64,000 nucleotides of DNA. It comes from Dokdonella sp. Its GTDB lineage: Bacteria; Pseudomonadota; Gammaproteobacteria; Xanthomonadales; Rhodanobacteraceae. The notes beneath the pieces are model-generated. The model did no database searches and was not told the origin of the DNA. It was given only the letters and a program-made list of their open reading frames with translations. Below are positions 45,071 through 53,707 of this stretch, piece after piece. The DNA lies in NCBI GenBank assembly GCA_019634795.1, contig JAHCAR010000015.1, positions 12,798-76,797 on the forward strand. Reading direction: 5' to 3'. Positions within the stretch are counted from its first letter, which is position 1. The number at the start of each line of letters is the position of its first letter. The translations under genes and the position numbers were made by a program.

Positions 45071-45877
45071 TCAATACGGCAACCGCGAGCGTGCGGTGGG
45101 CTCGAGTTCGAGGATGTCCGGCGCCCGCGGCGCAATGCGCAATAGCGCGCCCTCGGCCCGCTTCCATTGCGGCGATGCCGCCAGCGCGTCGAGATAGCGG
45201 GCATGGGAATGCAGATCGCGAAACTGCGAAAAGACGACGAGCGCGGGTTCGTTTTCACGGACCGGCAGGCGCGCAAAATTGTTCGGCGACGATTCGCTCT
45301 GCATCACGGCAAGCAGGCTCGCGCCAACCGCATCCCGAGCTGGCTGCAAGGCGTCGATCCATCGCAGTTCATCCGCGCCGGGCTCGGTGTCGAAATAGTA
45401 GGTCCGCACCTCGACCAGACCTGCGGGAATCCGAGTCGCATCGCGCGGTGCCAGCGCTCGAGAATCGATCCGGAAGCCGCTCCCCGACCGTGCACTGCGC
45501 AGCAAAAGGACATTGTCGGAATCGATCATGGTCGCATTGGCTGCGTTGCGGTGGGCCTGCCAGACCGGACCCGAATAGAACGCCTGCAATGCATCGGCGC
45601 GATTCGGCATGTCCTTGAACCCCCTCAGCCAGACGAAGCGATCGGCATTCGCCATGTCGCGAAATGTCCCGATCAGTCGAATGCCCAGGGCTTCCTGGCT
45701 CTCGACGAACTCATGCTCGAACAGGTCGATCAGCACATCGCGCTTGTACGGGTGAAGCGTGTACTGGCGAAGTTCGACCAGCGCTGTCTCGGAAACGCGG
45801 GTCGAAGCGGTGGGTGACTCGTTCATTGCTTGAATCTCCTGGGCAGGCGCGACAGCGGCGAACGTGACGAGCGCCAT
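45071..45877 (-). CDS. NIPSNAP family protein (start uncertain)
   Basis: VELRQYTLHP, FVWLRGF, FYSGPVW..H...ANATMIDSDNVLLL, LEPTARS. Confidence 0.8.
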   Translation of the reverse strand: MALVTFAAVAPAQEIQAMNESPTASTRVSETALVELRQYTLHPYKRDVLIDLFEHEFVESQEALGIRLIGTFRDMANADRFVWLRGFKDMPNRADALQAFYSGPVWQAHRNAANATMIDSDNVLLLRSARSGSGFRIDSRALAPRDATRIPAGLVEVRTYYFDTEPGADELRWIDALQPARDAVGASLLAVMQSESSPNNFARLPVRENEPALVVFSQFRDLHSHARYLDALAASPQWKRAEGALLRIAPRAPDILELEPTARSRLPY

Positions 45878-45980
45878 GGCAAGTGCGCCACGCACGCTGC
45901 TGCCGAATCCTGGAATGGCTGGGTACATTGGCTTTCCAATGGCTGCGGGCGGGCTGCCCACGGCCGCCATCATCGCGTTC

Positions 45981-46005
45981 AATCAGGTCGATTCCCGTCC
46001 TGATT
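45981..46005. promoter_or_regulatory. Inverted repeat, candidate YafY/WYL operator
   Basis: AATCAGG-N11-CCTGATT in the divergent promoter region. Confidence 0.55.
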
Positions 46006-46023
46006 CGAGCCTAGAATGGGTTC

Positions 46024-46980
46024 ATGGACAGACCCACGACGCGCGTCCTCGCTGCCCTCGAGCTGCTGCAGACACAGGGCCGGATCAGCGGATCCGAACT
46101 GGCGCGAAAGCTCGATGTCGACGTGCGCACCGTGCGCCGCTATATCGGCATTCTCGAGGAACTCGGCATTCCGATCACCGCCGATCGCGGTCGCTTCGGC
46201 GGCTATGCCCTGGTCGCCGGGTTCAAGCTGCCGCCGATGATGTTCACCGACGATGAGGCGCTGGCGCTATCGGTCGGCCTGCTGGCGGCACGCAGTCTCG
46301 GCCTCGCCGACGCTGCCCCTTCGATCGCCAGTGCGCAGGCCAAACTCGAACGCGTGATGCCGGTCCGACTGAACCGGCGCCTGCGCGCCATCGATGAAAC
46401 CGTGGCTCTCGATCTCTCGCCCTCCTCACGAGTGCATGAAACCGACAACGTCGCCCTGCGGCTTCTGAGTTCTGCCGCGCAAACGCGGCAACGCGTCCGC
46501 TTGCATTACCGCAGCGCGGACGGCACCCGCACGCAGCGTGATTTCGATCCCTACGGCCTGGCCTGGCGAGGCGGCCGCTGGTACGCCGTGGGTCATTGCC
46601 ATCTTCGGCGCGACCTGCGCTCGTTCCGACTCGACCGCATCGAAGCCGGCGAAGCGTTGCCGATCAGCTTCGGACGCCCGCATCGATTCGATGCCCTGGC
46701 CTGGCTGAGCCAGTCGATTGCCAGCCTGCCGCGCGCCCATGCCATCGAAGTCTGGCTGGCGACGGATCTGGCGAGCGCCAGGCGCGAGTCCTTCGAGGCG
46801 ATTGGCATCTTCGAAGCCGAGGAAACCGGCGTGCTTCTGCATGCGCAAGCCGACGATCTCGATTGGTTCGCCCGCGAATTGGCGCGGCTGCCGTTCGAGT
46901 TCAAGGTGCGGAAACCAGCTGAGCTGCGCGCCGCGTTGCGAAAGTGCGGCGCGCGCCTGCAACGCATGGCGAAGACCTGA
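46024..46980 (+). CDS. YafY-like HTH-WYL-WCX transcriptional regulator
   Basis: VDVRTVRRY HTH, GGYAL..GFKLPPMMF, RWYAVG, RSFRLDRI. Confidence 0.9.
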   Translation: MDRPTTRVLAALELLQTQGRISGSELARKLDVDVRTVRRYIGILEELGIPITADRGRFGGYALVAGFKLPPMMFTDDEALALSVGLLAARSLGLADAAPSIASAQAKLERVMPVRLNRRLRAIDETVALDLSPSSRVHETDNVALRLLSSAAQTRQRVRLHYRSADGTRTQRDFDPYGLAWRGGRWYAVGHCHLRRDLRSFRLDRIEAGEALPISFGRPHRFDALAWLSQSIASLPRAHAIEVWLATDLASARRESFEAIGIFEAEETGVLLHAQADDLDWFARELARLPFEFKVRKPAELRAALRKCGARLQRMAKT

Positions 46981-47006
46981 GATTCCACCAGGCCGACGGC
47001 AAACCG

Positions 47007-47039
47007 TCGAGCGCGGAATCCCGCGGATTCCGCTCTCGA
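47007..47039. terminator. Hairpin between convergent genes
   Basis: TCGAGCGCGGAATCC-CGC-GGATTCCGCTCTCGA. Confidence 0.55.
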
Positions 47040-47055
47040 TTCGTTTAGCGGGCAA

Positions 47056-47664
47056 CTATTTGATCAGCCCCTCTTCGCGCATGGCGCCCTGGACAGCCGG
47101 GCGCTCCGCGACGCGCTTCTGGAAGGCCATCAGGTTCGGAAATTCCGAGAGGTCGAGCTTGAGCACGCGGGCCCAGTTGGTCACCGTGAACAGGTAGGCG
47201 TCAGCGGCGCTGAACTGGTCGCCGAGCAGGAACGGCTGGCCCGAAAGCGTCTGCTCGATCAGCGCATAGCGCTTGCCCAGGTAGGCTTCGCGATCCGCGC
47301 GCACGGCTTCGGTGGTGTTCGGATTGAACAGTGGGCTGTAGGTCTTGTGCAGTTCGGAATTGATGTATCCGAGCATTTCCTGCAGGCGATAGCGGGCCAG
47401 GGTGCCGTTGGCCGGGGCGATACCCGAGCCGGGCTTCTGGTCGGCCAGGTACTGGACGATGGCCGGACCCTCGGTCAGCAGGGCGCCATCGTCGAGGCGC
47501 AAGGCGGGCACGTAGCCTTTCGGATTGATCGCGAGGTAGTCGCTGCCGTGCTCGGTCTGCTTGGTCTTGGTGTCCACTTTCTCGAGTTCGAGCGGGATGC
47601 CGATTTCATTGGCGACGATGTGCGGCGACAACGAGCAGGCGCCCGGTGAGTAATACAGCTTCAT
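47056..47664 (-). CDS. Glutathione S-transferase, beta class (GstA-like)
   Basis: MKLYYSPGACSL, INPKGYVPAL, LTEGPAI, ELHK, SAADAYLF. Confidence 0.92.
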   Translation of the reverse strand: MKLYYSPGACSLSPHIVANEIGIPLELEKVDTKTKQTEHGSDYLAINPKGYVPALRLDDGALLTEGPAIVQYLADQKPGSGIAPANGTLARYRLQEMLGYINSELHKTYSPLFNPNTTEAVRADREAYLGKRYALIEQTLSGQPFLLGDQFSAADAYLFTVTNWARVLKLDLSEFPNLMAFQKRVAERPAVQGAMREEGLIK

Positions 47665-47726
47665 GGAAACTCCTTGCTGGGGTGGGAATGCCGGGCGCGG
47701 ATCGATGTCCGGGCCCGGCCGGGATA

Positions 47727-48788
47727 TCAGTCTGCGATCAGTGCCTGCATGAGGTCGGCGGCGCGACGATGGCGCAGGTTCGGGGCGATCTGTCCGCTCC
47801 ACAGCGAGATCAGATCCTCGCGTCCGGCGGCAATCGCCGCCGCGCGCAGCTTCGAAACGAACCAGCCTTGCACGGGAAACGGCGGCAGCGTCTCGGGCCG
47901 CTGGCCCATCTGCTCGGTCCAGCGGTTGCGCAGGCCGCGCGCCAGCCGACCGGTGAAGCTGCGCGTGAGCGTCGTCTGTCGCGCGTCGGGCCCGAACAGC
48001 CGCTGCCGATGGGCCTCGTGCGCGCCCGATTCCTCGCAGGCCAGGAAGGCCGTGCCGATTTGCGCAGCGTCGGCGCCAAGCGCACGCACCGCGCGCAGGC
48101 CGCGCGCATCGGCAATGCCGCCGGCGGCGATGACCGGCACGCCGACCCGGTCGGCGACCAGCTGGACCAGGACGAAGGTGCCGATAAGCGAGTCTTCGGC
48201 GCGCTGCAGGAAGGACGGGCGATGTCCGCCTGCCTCGGCGCCGGTGGCGACGATCAGATCGACCCGCGCCGCATCGAGCGCCTCGGCTTCGGCGATCGAA
48301 GTCGCCGCACCGACCGTGACGATGCCGAGCCGCCGGCATTCGTCGAGCACGCGCCGGTCGGGAATGCCGAAGACGAAACTGAAGACCGGCGGACGCGCCT
48401 CGAGCAAGGCGTCGATCTGGGAAGCGTAGTCGGCGTGGTAGTGCGCGGGCATCTCGGGCTTGTCGACGCCGAGTTCGCGGTACCACGGCTCGAACAGCGC
48501 GTAGACGCGATCGAAAGCCTCCGGACTCAGGCTCTGGCCTCCCGGATCGTGATCGGAAATCCACAGGTTCATGGCGAAGGGCGCATCGGTCCGCGCGCGG
48601 ATCTCGGCCGTGACCTCGCTGATGCGTTCGGGCGCCAGTGCGTGCGCGCCGTAGGAGCCGAGACCGCCGAGGCGCGACACGGTGGCAGCCAGTTCGACGG
48701 TCGACATGCCACCGCCGAACGGGCCCTGCACGATCGGGTGGTCGATGCCGAGGCGCGCCGCGACTTTGCAGGCTGGACGGGTATTCAT
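47727..48788 (-). CDS. Nitronate monooxygenase family flavoprotein
   Basis: PIVQGPFGGG, EAGGHR, VIAAGGIAD, QIGTAFL, FTGRLARG, LWSGQ. Confidence 0.9.
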   Translation of the reverse strand: MNTRPACKVAARLGIDHPIVQGPFGGGMSTVELAATVSRLGGLGSYGAHALAPERISEVTAEIRARTDAPFAMNLWISDHDPGGQSLSPEAFDRVYALFEPWYRELGVDKPEMPAHYHADYASQIDALLEARPPVFSFVFGIPDRRVLDECRRLGIVTVGAATSIAEAEALDAARVDLIVATGAEAGGHRPSFLQRAEDSLIGTFVLVQLVADRVGVPVIAAGGIADARGLRAVRALGADAAQIGTAFLACEESGAHEAHRQRLFGPDARQTTLTRSFTGRLARGLRNRWTEQMGQRPETLPPFPVQGWFVSKLRAAAIAAGREDLISLWSGQIAPNLRHRRAADLMQALIAD

Positions 48789-48831
48789 GGTCGGCTCCAC
48801 ATGGATCGTGAGCGGAGATGGTAGCCGCGTT

Positions 48832-48896
48832 TGGTATCCAATGGATACCACCTATCTGGCAGTAACCAACCATTTGTGATATCCATTTGGTTACCA
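48832..48896. promoter_or_regulatory. Two palindromic operators, candidate HxlR sites
   Basis: Perfect TGGTATCCA-A-TGGATACCA (48832-48850) and degenerate TGATATCCA-TT-TGGTTACCA (48877-48896). Confidence 0.7.
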
Positions 48897-48917
48897 GCTA
48901 ACCTCAAGACCACGAGC

Positions 48918-49268
48918 ATGGCGCTTCCCTTGCGCAAATCCCGCGTCGAGCTTCCACCGACCTGCCCTTTGACCGAGTGCATGGCGATGCTGCGCGGCGC
49001 CTGGGCGCCGAACGTGATCTGGTACCTGAGCGGCGGGCCGCGTCGCTTCGGCGAACTGCGCCATGACATTCCGCGAATCTCCGCGCGCGTCCTCAGTGCG
49101 CGCCTGCGCGAGCTCGAGTCGCGCGGCATCGTCGTGCGCCGGCTGATCGACTCATCGCCGCCATCGGCGGAATACGACCTCACGGAACTGGGCCGCGAAC
49201 TGATCCCGGCGATCAAGTCGATCGCCGCGGTCGGCACGAAACTCAAACTCCGCAACGTGTCGTGCTGA
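48918..49268 (+). CDS. HxlR/DUF24 family redox-sensing regulator
   Basis: TCPL N-terminal Cys, RRFGEL, LSARLRELE, PPSAEYDLTELG. Confidence 0.88.
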   Translation: MALPLRKSRVELPPTCPLTECMAMLRGAWAPNVIWYLSGGPRRFGELRHDIPRISARVLSARLRELESRGIVVRRLIDSSPPSAEYDLTELGRELIPAIKSIAAVGTKLKLRNVSC

Positions 49269-49335
49269 CGCCCATGCCGGGAAACTTTCTTCCGATGGCA
49301 GCGGTCAGTGGCATTCAACCAGGCGGGAAATTTCG

Positions 49336-50013
49336 ATGAAAAACTGGATCAGAAACAATCGCGGACTGCTGCTCTTCATCCTCTGCCTCGGCCTGTTCCG
49401 CACGGCCATCGCCGACTGGAATCCGGTGCCGACCGGTTCGATGCGCCCGACCATCCTCGAGGGCGACGTGGTCCTGGTCAACCGGCTCGCCTACGACCTG
49501 AAGATCCCGCTGACCGACGTGTCGCTGCTGCGGCTCGGCGAGCCGCAGCGCGGCGACATCGTGACGTTTTCCTCGCCGAAGGACGGCACGCGCCTGATCA
49601 AGCGCCTGGTCGCGGTACCCGGCGACACCGTCGAACTTCGCGACAACCGGCTCTTCATCAACAACGAAGCGGTCGACTACAGCGACCTGACCCAGGTAAC
49701 CGAGCCGATCGGCTACGGCCGCTATGTCGAGGCCACGCGTGCGACTGAAGATCTGACCGGCCATCCGCATGCCGTGCAGTTCCTGCCGACGCGCAATCCG
49801 GCCAGCAATTTCGGCCCGGTCGAAGTGCCGCCCGGCCAGTACTTCATGATGGGCGACAATCGCGACAACAGCGAGGATTCGCGCTTCATCGGCTTCGTCC
49901 CGCGCAAGCTGCTGATCGGCCGAGCCGGCCGCATCCTCGTCTCCGCCGACATCAAGGCCAACTGGAAGCCGCGCTTCGATCGCACGATCAGCCGGCTGGA
50001 CCCGGTTCGCTGA
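49336..50013 (+). CDS. Signal peptidase I paralogue (intact Ser/Lys dyad)
   Basis: VPTGSMRPT, LIKRLVAVPGD, GDNRDNSEDSRFIG. Confidence 0.9.
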   Translation: MKNWIRNNRGLLLFILCLGLFRTAIADWNPVPTGSMRPTILEGDVVLVNRLAYDLKIPLTDVSLLRLGEPQRGDIVTFSSPKDGTRLIKRLVAVPGDTVELRDNRLFINNEAVDYSDLTQVTEPIGYGRYVEATRATEDLTGHPHAVQFLPTRNPASNFGPVEVPPGQYFMMGDNRDNSEDSRFIGFVPRKLLIGRAGRILVSADIKANWKPRFDRTISRLDPVR

Positions 50014-50164
50014 CGCCGACCAGGCGGCCCTCTGTCCCCGATAGTCGATTCACCGACGGAACCATGGCCTTGTCGGGCCGAGCCGGCGCAGATGTGACAA
50101 GACGCTCGTTTCAGGTTGCAGCGCGGGCCTAGACTCATCGCGCTGAAACTGCCGGATACTGCCG

Positions 50165-52435
50165 ATGACCCTGCATCGTGCCTGTTCCGATCTTGCCTCG
50201 CGCCTGTGTCCTACGCGTGCTGCCATCCTCTGGCTTGGCGGCGGGCTGTTGCTGGCCGCGCCGCTGGCCCTGGCCGAGTCGATCTTCCGCTCCGGCTTCG
50301 AGCCCCTCGAACCGGCCCCTGCCGTGAACATCCTGCGCGACGATCGCGTTGCCACGCTCGAGATGGACTACGACGGCGAAAACGCCTGGGGCCAGTGGTG
50401 GACGATGGATGGCAGTGGAACCGATCCGGCCGGCTTCCTCGTCAGCTGGTGGCCCGAGGGCCAGCCGGCGCCGCCGCTCGGCGCCCCGCCTGCGCCAGCC
50501 TTGAAGGACGGCGCGATCGGCTGCCTCAGCGAACACGAGCATGCCAACGCCGCTGTCAGCGCGACGCGCTGGCTGGTCACCGGCAATCGCCGCGTGCAGA
50601 TCCAGCCGCTGCTCAACGATTCCGCGTATCGCGTGCGCGTGCAGCGCATCGACTCGCTCGGCGAGATCACCAGCTACGCCAACGAGCAGCTGTTCAATGG
50701 CGGCGATGCCACGCGCGTCAATGCGCTGCGCACCTCGATGACCTACTTCGACGATTTCAACCTGCCGCTCGGGCCAGCCGACGAAACCCTGTGGAACAAC
50801 GCCACGGTCACCTCGACCGACCCGCGCTTCAACCTGTTCTTCATCAACGACCAGTTCCACGTGCACTCGCTCAACGGCACGCGCGTCGACAACACCGGCG
50901 ACAAGTCGCAGACCTCGCAGCGCTTCCGCAAGCCCTTGCGCATCGAGAACGGCGTGCGCCGGCGCATCGTCTTCGACATGGACAGTCCGCTGAGCCCGCG
51001 TTCGGTCTGGTATCTCGATCTCAACCCGGTGCACACCGACGTCACCGGCCATGCCGACTTCTTCGACATGGAAGGCGCCACCGGCCTGCCGGCCGGCATG
51101 CTGCGTTTGCGCTCGCAATTCCAGACCTTCAGCGTCAACCTGATCGGCATGGACGGCGCATCGCACCAGATCGCCTCTGTCGACATGGAAGCCGCCGGAC
51201 GCCAGGCCGTATCCAACGTGCGTCGCGCCTTCGACGTGCGCGTCGGTACCGACGGCATCGAGGTGCGCATCGACGGGCGCAGCGTCATCGACGCGCCGTT
51301 CTCGCCGTGGACGCTCGCGGCCGGCGACTACGAGCCGCTCTGGATCGCCTTCGGCTACAACACGCCGAAGGACGCCAATCCTTACTACCTCGTGCACTGG
51401 GACAACTTCGGATTCGACGGCCCGGTGGTCGAACCGCGCAGCGTGCACAACTATGTGACCCGCATCGCCGGCACCGACTACCAGAAATCGAGTCGCTGGA
51501 ATTCCGAGTTTCCGACATTCACCATCGATGTCCCCGACGACCTGCGTCCGACCCAGCCCGGAGCCACTGCGGAAGCCTGGCTCGTGTGGACCTACCAGAT
51601 GGGCGACTATTCTTCTTTCAACCTCGTTGCCGGCGATCACCTCACGGTCAACGGCGGTGCCAGCCATCCTTTGCCGCCGCGCGGAAACAACAGCGTCCCG
51701 AACGTCCCCGAGCTGCTCGACTGGGCCGTGCCGAGCACGGTTCGGATCAAGCTCGGCGACCTCGTCCAGGGCGGCGGCTCACCCCTCGCGATCGGCGACA
51801 ACCAGTTCCAGTTCTTCGCCGACAATACCGGCATCATCGACGTGCATCTCGAGGTGTTCTATCCGCCCGGCAGCGCGCCGGCCTACACGCCACCGGCCGC
51901 GATCCATCCGTTCCCCTTGCACAGCGAGCTGCCTAGGCTCGGGCCGCCGGCGCGCTTCGAGCAGATCGGCAGTACCCAGATCGACGAGGAACACCTGATC
52001 CATGATGTCCCGCCGACGCGCATAAGTGTCAGCGGCGTCGTGCCGCTGACCATGGTCGTTGGCAACCACAGCTACGCGAACTGGGCGCCGGAGCTGATGG
52101 TCTTCCCGGTCGCCAGCACCGAGGTCTGGAGCACCGGCGGCACGACCGGCATCAGCCGGATCGAGGTCTTTCTGCGTCCGGCCGGCGCCGGCACACCCCC
52201 TGGCACTGCGGTCATGAGCCTCGACACGGCACGTGACGTGCCGGCTCCGCAAGGCCGCTACACGCGCCCGTTCGATACACGGGACTTCGCCAACGGCGAC
52301 TACGAGATCTTCGTCCAGGCGACTACGCCCTCGGGCCTGAAAAGCCACCCGAGCTATGGCAACGAAACCTACCTGTGGGATGCGGCCGACCTTTCGGGAG
52401 CCTACTATCCGATCCAGATCCGGATCCAGAATTGA
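50165..52435 (+). CDS. Large secreted hypothetical protein with N-terminal ESIFRSGFE motif
   Basis: Signal peptide ending ALA followed directly by ESIFRSGFE; beta-rich composition; coding-like codon usage; no family recognised. Confidence 0.72.
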   Translation: MTLHRACSDLASRLCPTRAAILWLGGGLLLAAPLALAESIFRSGFEPLEPAPAVNILRDDRVATLEMDYDGENAWGQWWTMDGSGTDPAGFLVSWWPEGQPAPPLGAPPAPALKDGAIGCLSEHEHANAAVSATRWLVTGNRRVQIQPLLNDSAYRVRVQRIDSLGEITSYANEQLFNGGDATRVNALRTSMTYFDDFNLPLGPADETLWNNATVTSTDPRFNLFFINDQFHVHSLNGTRVDNTGDKSQTSQRFRKPLRIENGVRRRIVFDMDSPLSPRSVWYLDLNPVHTDVTGHADFFDMEGATGLPAGMLRLRSQFQTFSVNLIGMDGASHQIASVDMEAAGRQAVSNVRRAFDVRVGTDGIEVRIDGRSVIDAPFSPWTLAAGDYEPLWIAFGYNTPKDANPYYLVHWDNFGFDGPVVEPRSVHNYVTRIAGTDYQKSSRWNSEFPTFTIDVPDDLRPTQPGATAEAWLVWTYQMGDYSSFNLVAGDHLTVNGGASHPLPPRGNNSVPNVPELLDWAVPSTVRIKLGDLVQGGGSPLAIGDNQFQFFADNTGIIDVHLEVFYPPGSAPAYTPPAAIHPFPLHSELPRLGPPARFEQIGSTQIDEEHLIHDVPPTRISVSGVVPLTMVVGNHSYANWAPELMVFPVASTEVWSTGGTTGISRIEVFLRPAGAGTPPGTAVMSLDTARDVPAPQGRYTRPFDTRDFANGDYEIFVQATTPSGLKSHPSYGNETYLWDAADLSGAYYPIQIRIQN

Positions 52436-52531
52436 GGGAGCGGTCGGGTTTCCGACTGTCGATGCAGGCGGTGCCTCGCCAGTTCCATCCCGACCGCTCC
52501 CGCCCTCTCGCCAGTGGAGAACCTGCATCTG

Positions 52532-52867
52532 ATGGCGCACCAGAAGCACTATGCCTATGTCTGGGAATTCGAGGTTGCCGCGGAGTCGCTCGCCGAATTC
52601 ATTCGCTACTGCGGGCCGCAAGGCGAATGGGCCAGGTTGTTCCAGCGCGCCGAGGGCTACCTCGGAACCTGGTTGCTGCAGGATGAAGCGAATCCGCTCA
52701 GGTTCGTCACCATCGATCGGTGGCAAAGCAAGCAGCTGCACGAGGCCTTCCTCGACGAATTCCTGCTCGAATACAACGCACTGGACGAGGCCTGCGAATC
52801 ATTCACGATCCGCGAAACGAGCCTGGGCCACTTCATTCAATCCGCCGGCGACGAACCGCCGCCTTGA
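52532..52867 (+). CDS. ABM-like dimeric alpha-beta barrel protein
   Basis: VWEFEV..GEWARLF..GYLGT..RFVTIDRW..LG.F. Confidence 0.68.
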   Translation: MAHQKHYAYVWEFEVAAESLAEFIRYCGPQGEWARLFQRAEGYLGTWLLQDEANPLRFVTIDRWQSKQLHEAFLDEFLLEYNALDEACESFTIRETSLGHFIQSAGDEPPP

Positions 52868-52892
52868 GCGAGCGCGCGAAGCGCCGCCCGGA

Positions 52893-53588
52893 TCATGGGT
52901 CGTGGGCAATGCCGGTTTCCGCGATCGGCTCGATCAGCTGCGGCCCTTGGTTGCGCACGTTGCCGACCGCCTTGCCGACCGCATGCCAGCTCAGCGATGG
53001 AAGCGGCGCAGCCTGCGCGATCGCCGTTGCCTGCTCGCCGTCGCCCTCGATCCAGTCGCGGTGCAGCTCGGGCGGAAGCATCAGGGGCATGCGATCGTGC
53101 AGGCGGGCCAGTTCGCCGACCGCATCCATCGTCACGATCGAGTAGGTCTCGATCGGCTCGCCACCCTTGGGACTCCAGCGTTCCCAGAGCCCGCCGAACA
53201 TCAGCACCGGCGCGTCGGTGGCATGGATGTAATAGGGCTGCTTCTGCCTGCCCTCGCCGGGCCATTCGTAGTAGCCCGACGCCGGCACCAGGCAGCGGCG
53301 CGATTTCCAGGCCGAACGGAAGGCCGGTTTGCTGTTCGCCGTTTCGACGCGTGCATTGATCGTGCTGTAGGCGATCTTCGCATCGCGCGCCCAGGCCGGA
53401 ATGAGACCCCAGCGCATCTGCGTGGCGTGCGCCCTGCCCTCACCCTCGGCGACGAGCACCCAGCCGGACTGGGTCGGCGCGAGGTTGTAGGCAGGCTGCG
53501 GATCCTCGGCCGGCAGGATCAGCTGCAGGCCACCCGAGAATTCCCAGATCTCGCGCCAGGTGTAGTAACTCGAATATCGGCCACACAC
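52893..53588 (-). CDS. SRAP family abasic-site-processing protein (YedK/HMCES-like)
   Basis: GTG start gives (M)CGRY with Cys2; YNLAPTQ, WGLIP, INARVET, GYYEW, HDRMP; GAGGAG RBS. Confidence 0.9.
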   Translation of the reverse strand: MCGRYSSYYTWREIWEFSGGLQLILPAEDPQPAYNLAPTQSGWVLVAEGEGRAHATQMRWGLIPAWARDAKIAYSTINARVETANSKPAFRSAWKSRRCLVPASGYYEWPGEGRQKQPYYIHATDAPVLMFGGLWERWSPKGGEPIETYSIVTMDAVGELARLHDRMPLMLPPELHRDWIEGDGEQATAIAQAAPLPSLSWHAVGKAVGNVRNQGPQLIEPIAETGIAHDP

Positions 53589-53707
53589 GTCGGTCTCCTC
53601 GCGCCGCGTCGCCGGCGCCAGGACTCGCGAGCGGGCGCCTCTGTGATCGAGGCGCCCATGGCACGCCATCGACGCGCGTGCGTCAAGTCCGGCCGCGACG
53701 CGTTGTG

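Noticed and set aside
47056-48873. 605-aa ORF suggesting a nitronate monooxygenase-GST fusion or frameshift
   Set aside because: The GST has its own start at 47664 with an AGGAG RBS, and the monooxygenase has its own stop in another frame.
52893-53707. SRAP gene as a prophage or SOS cassette marker
   Set aside because: No phage, integrase or imuABC genes are nearby and no convincing LexA box was seen upstream.
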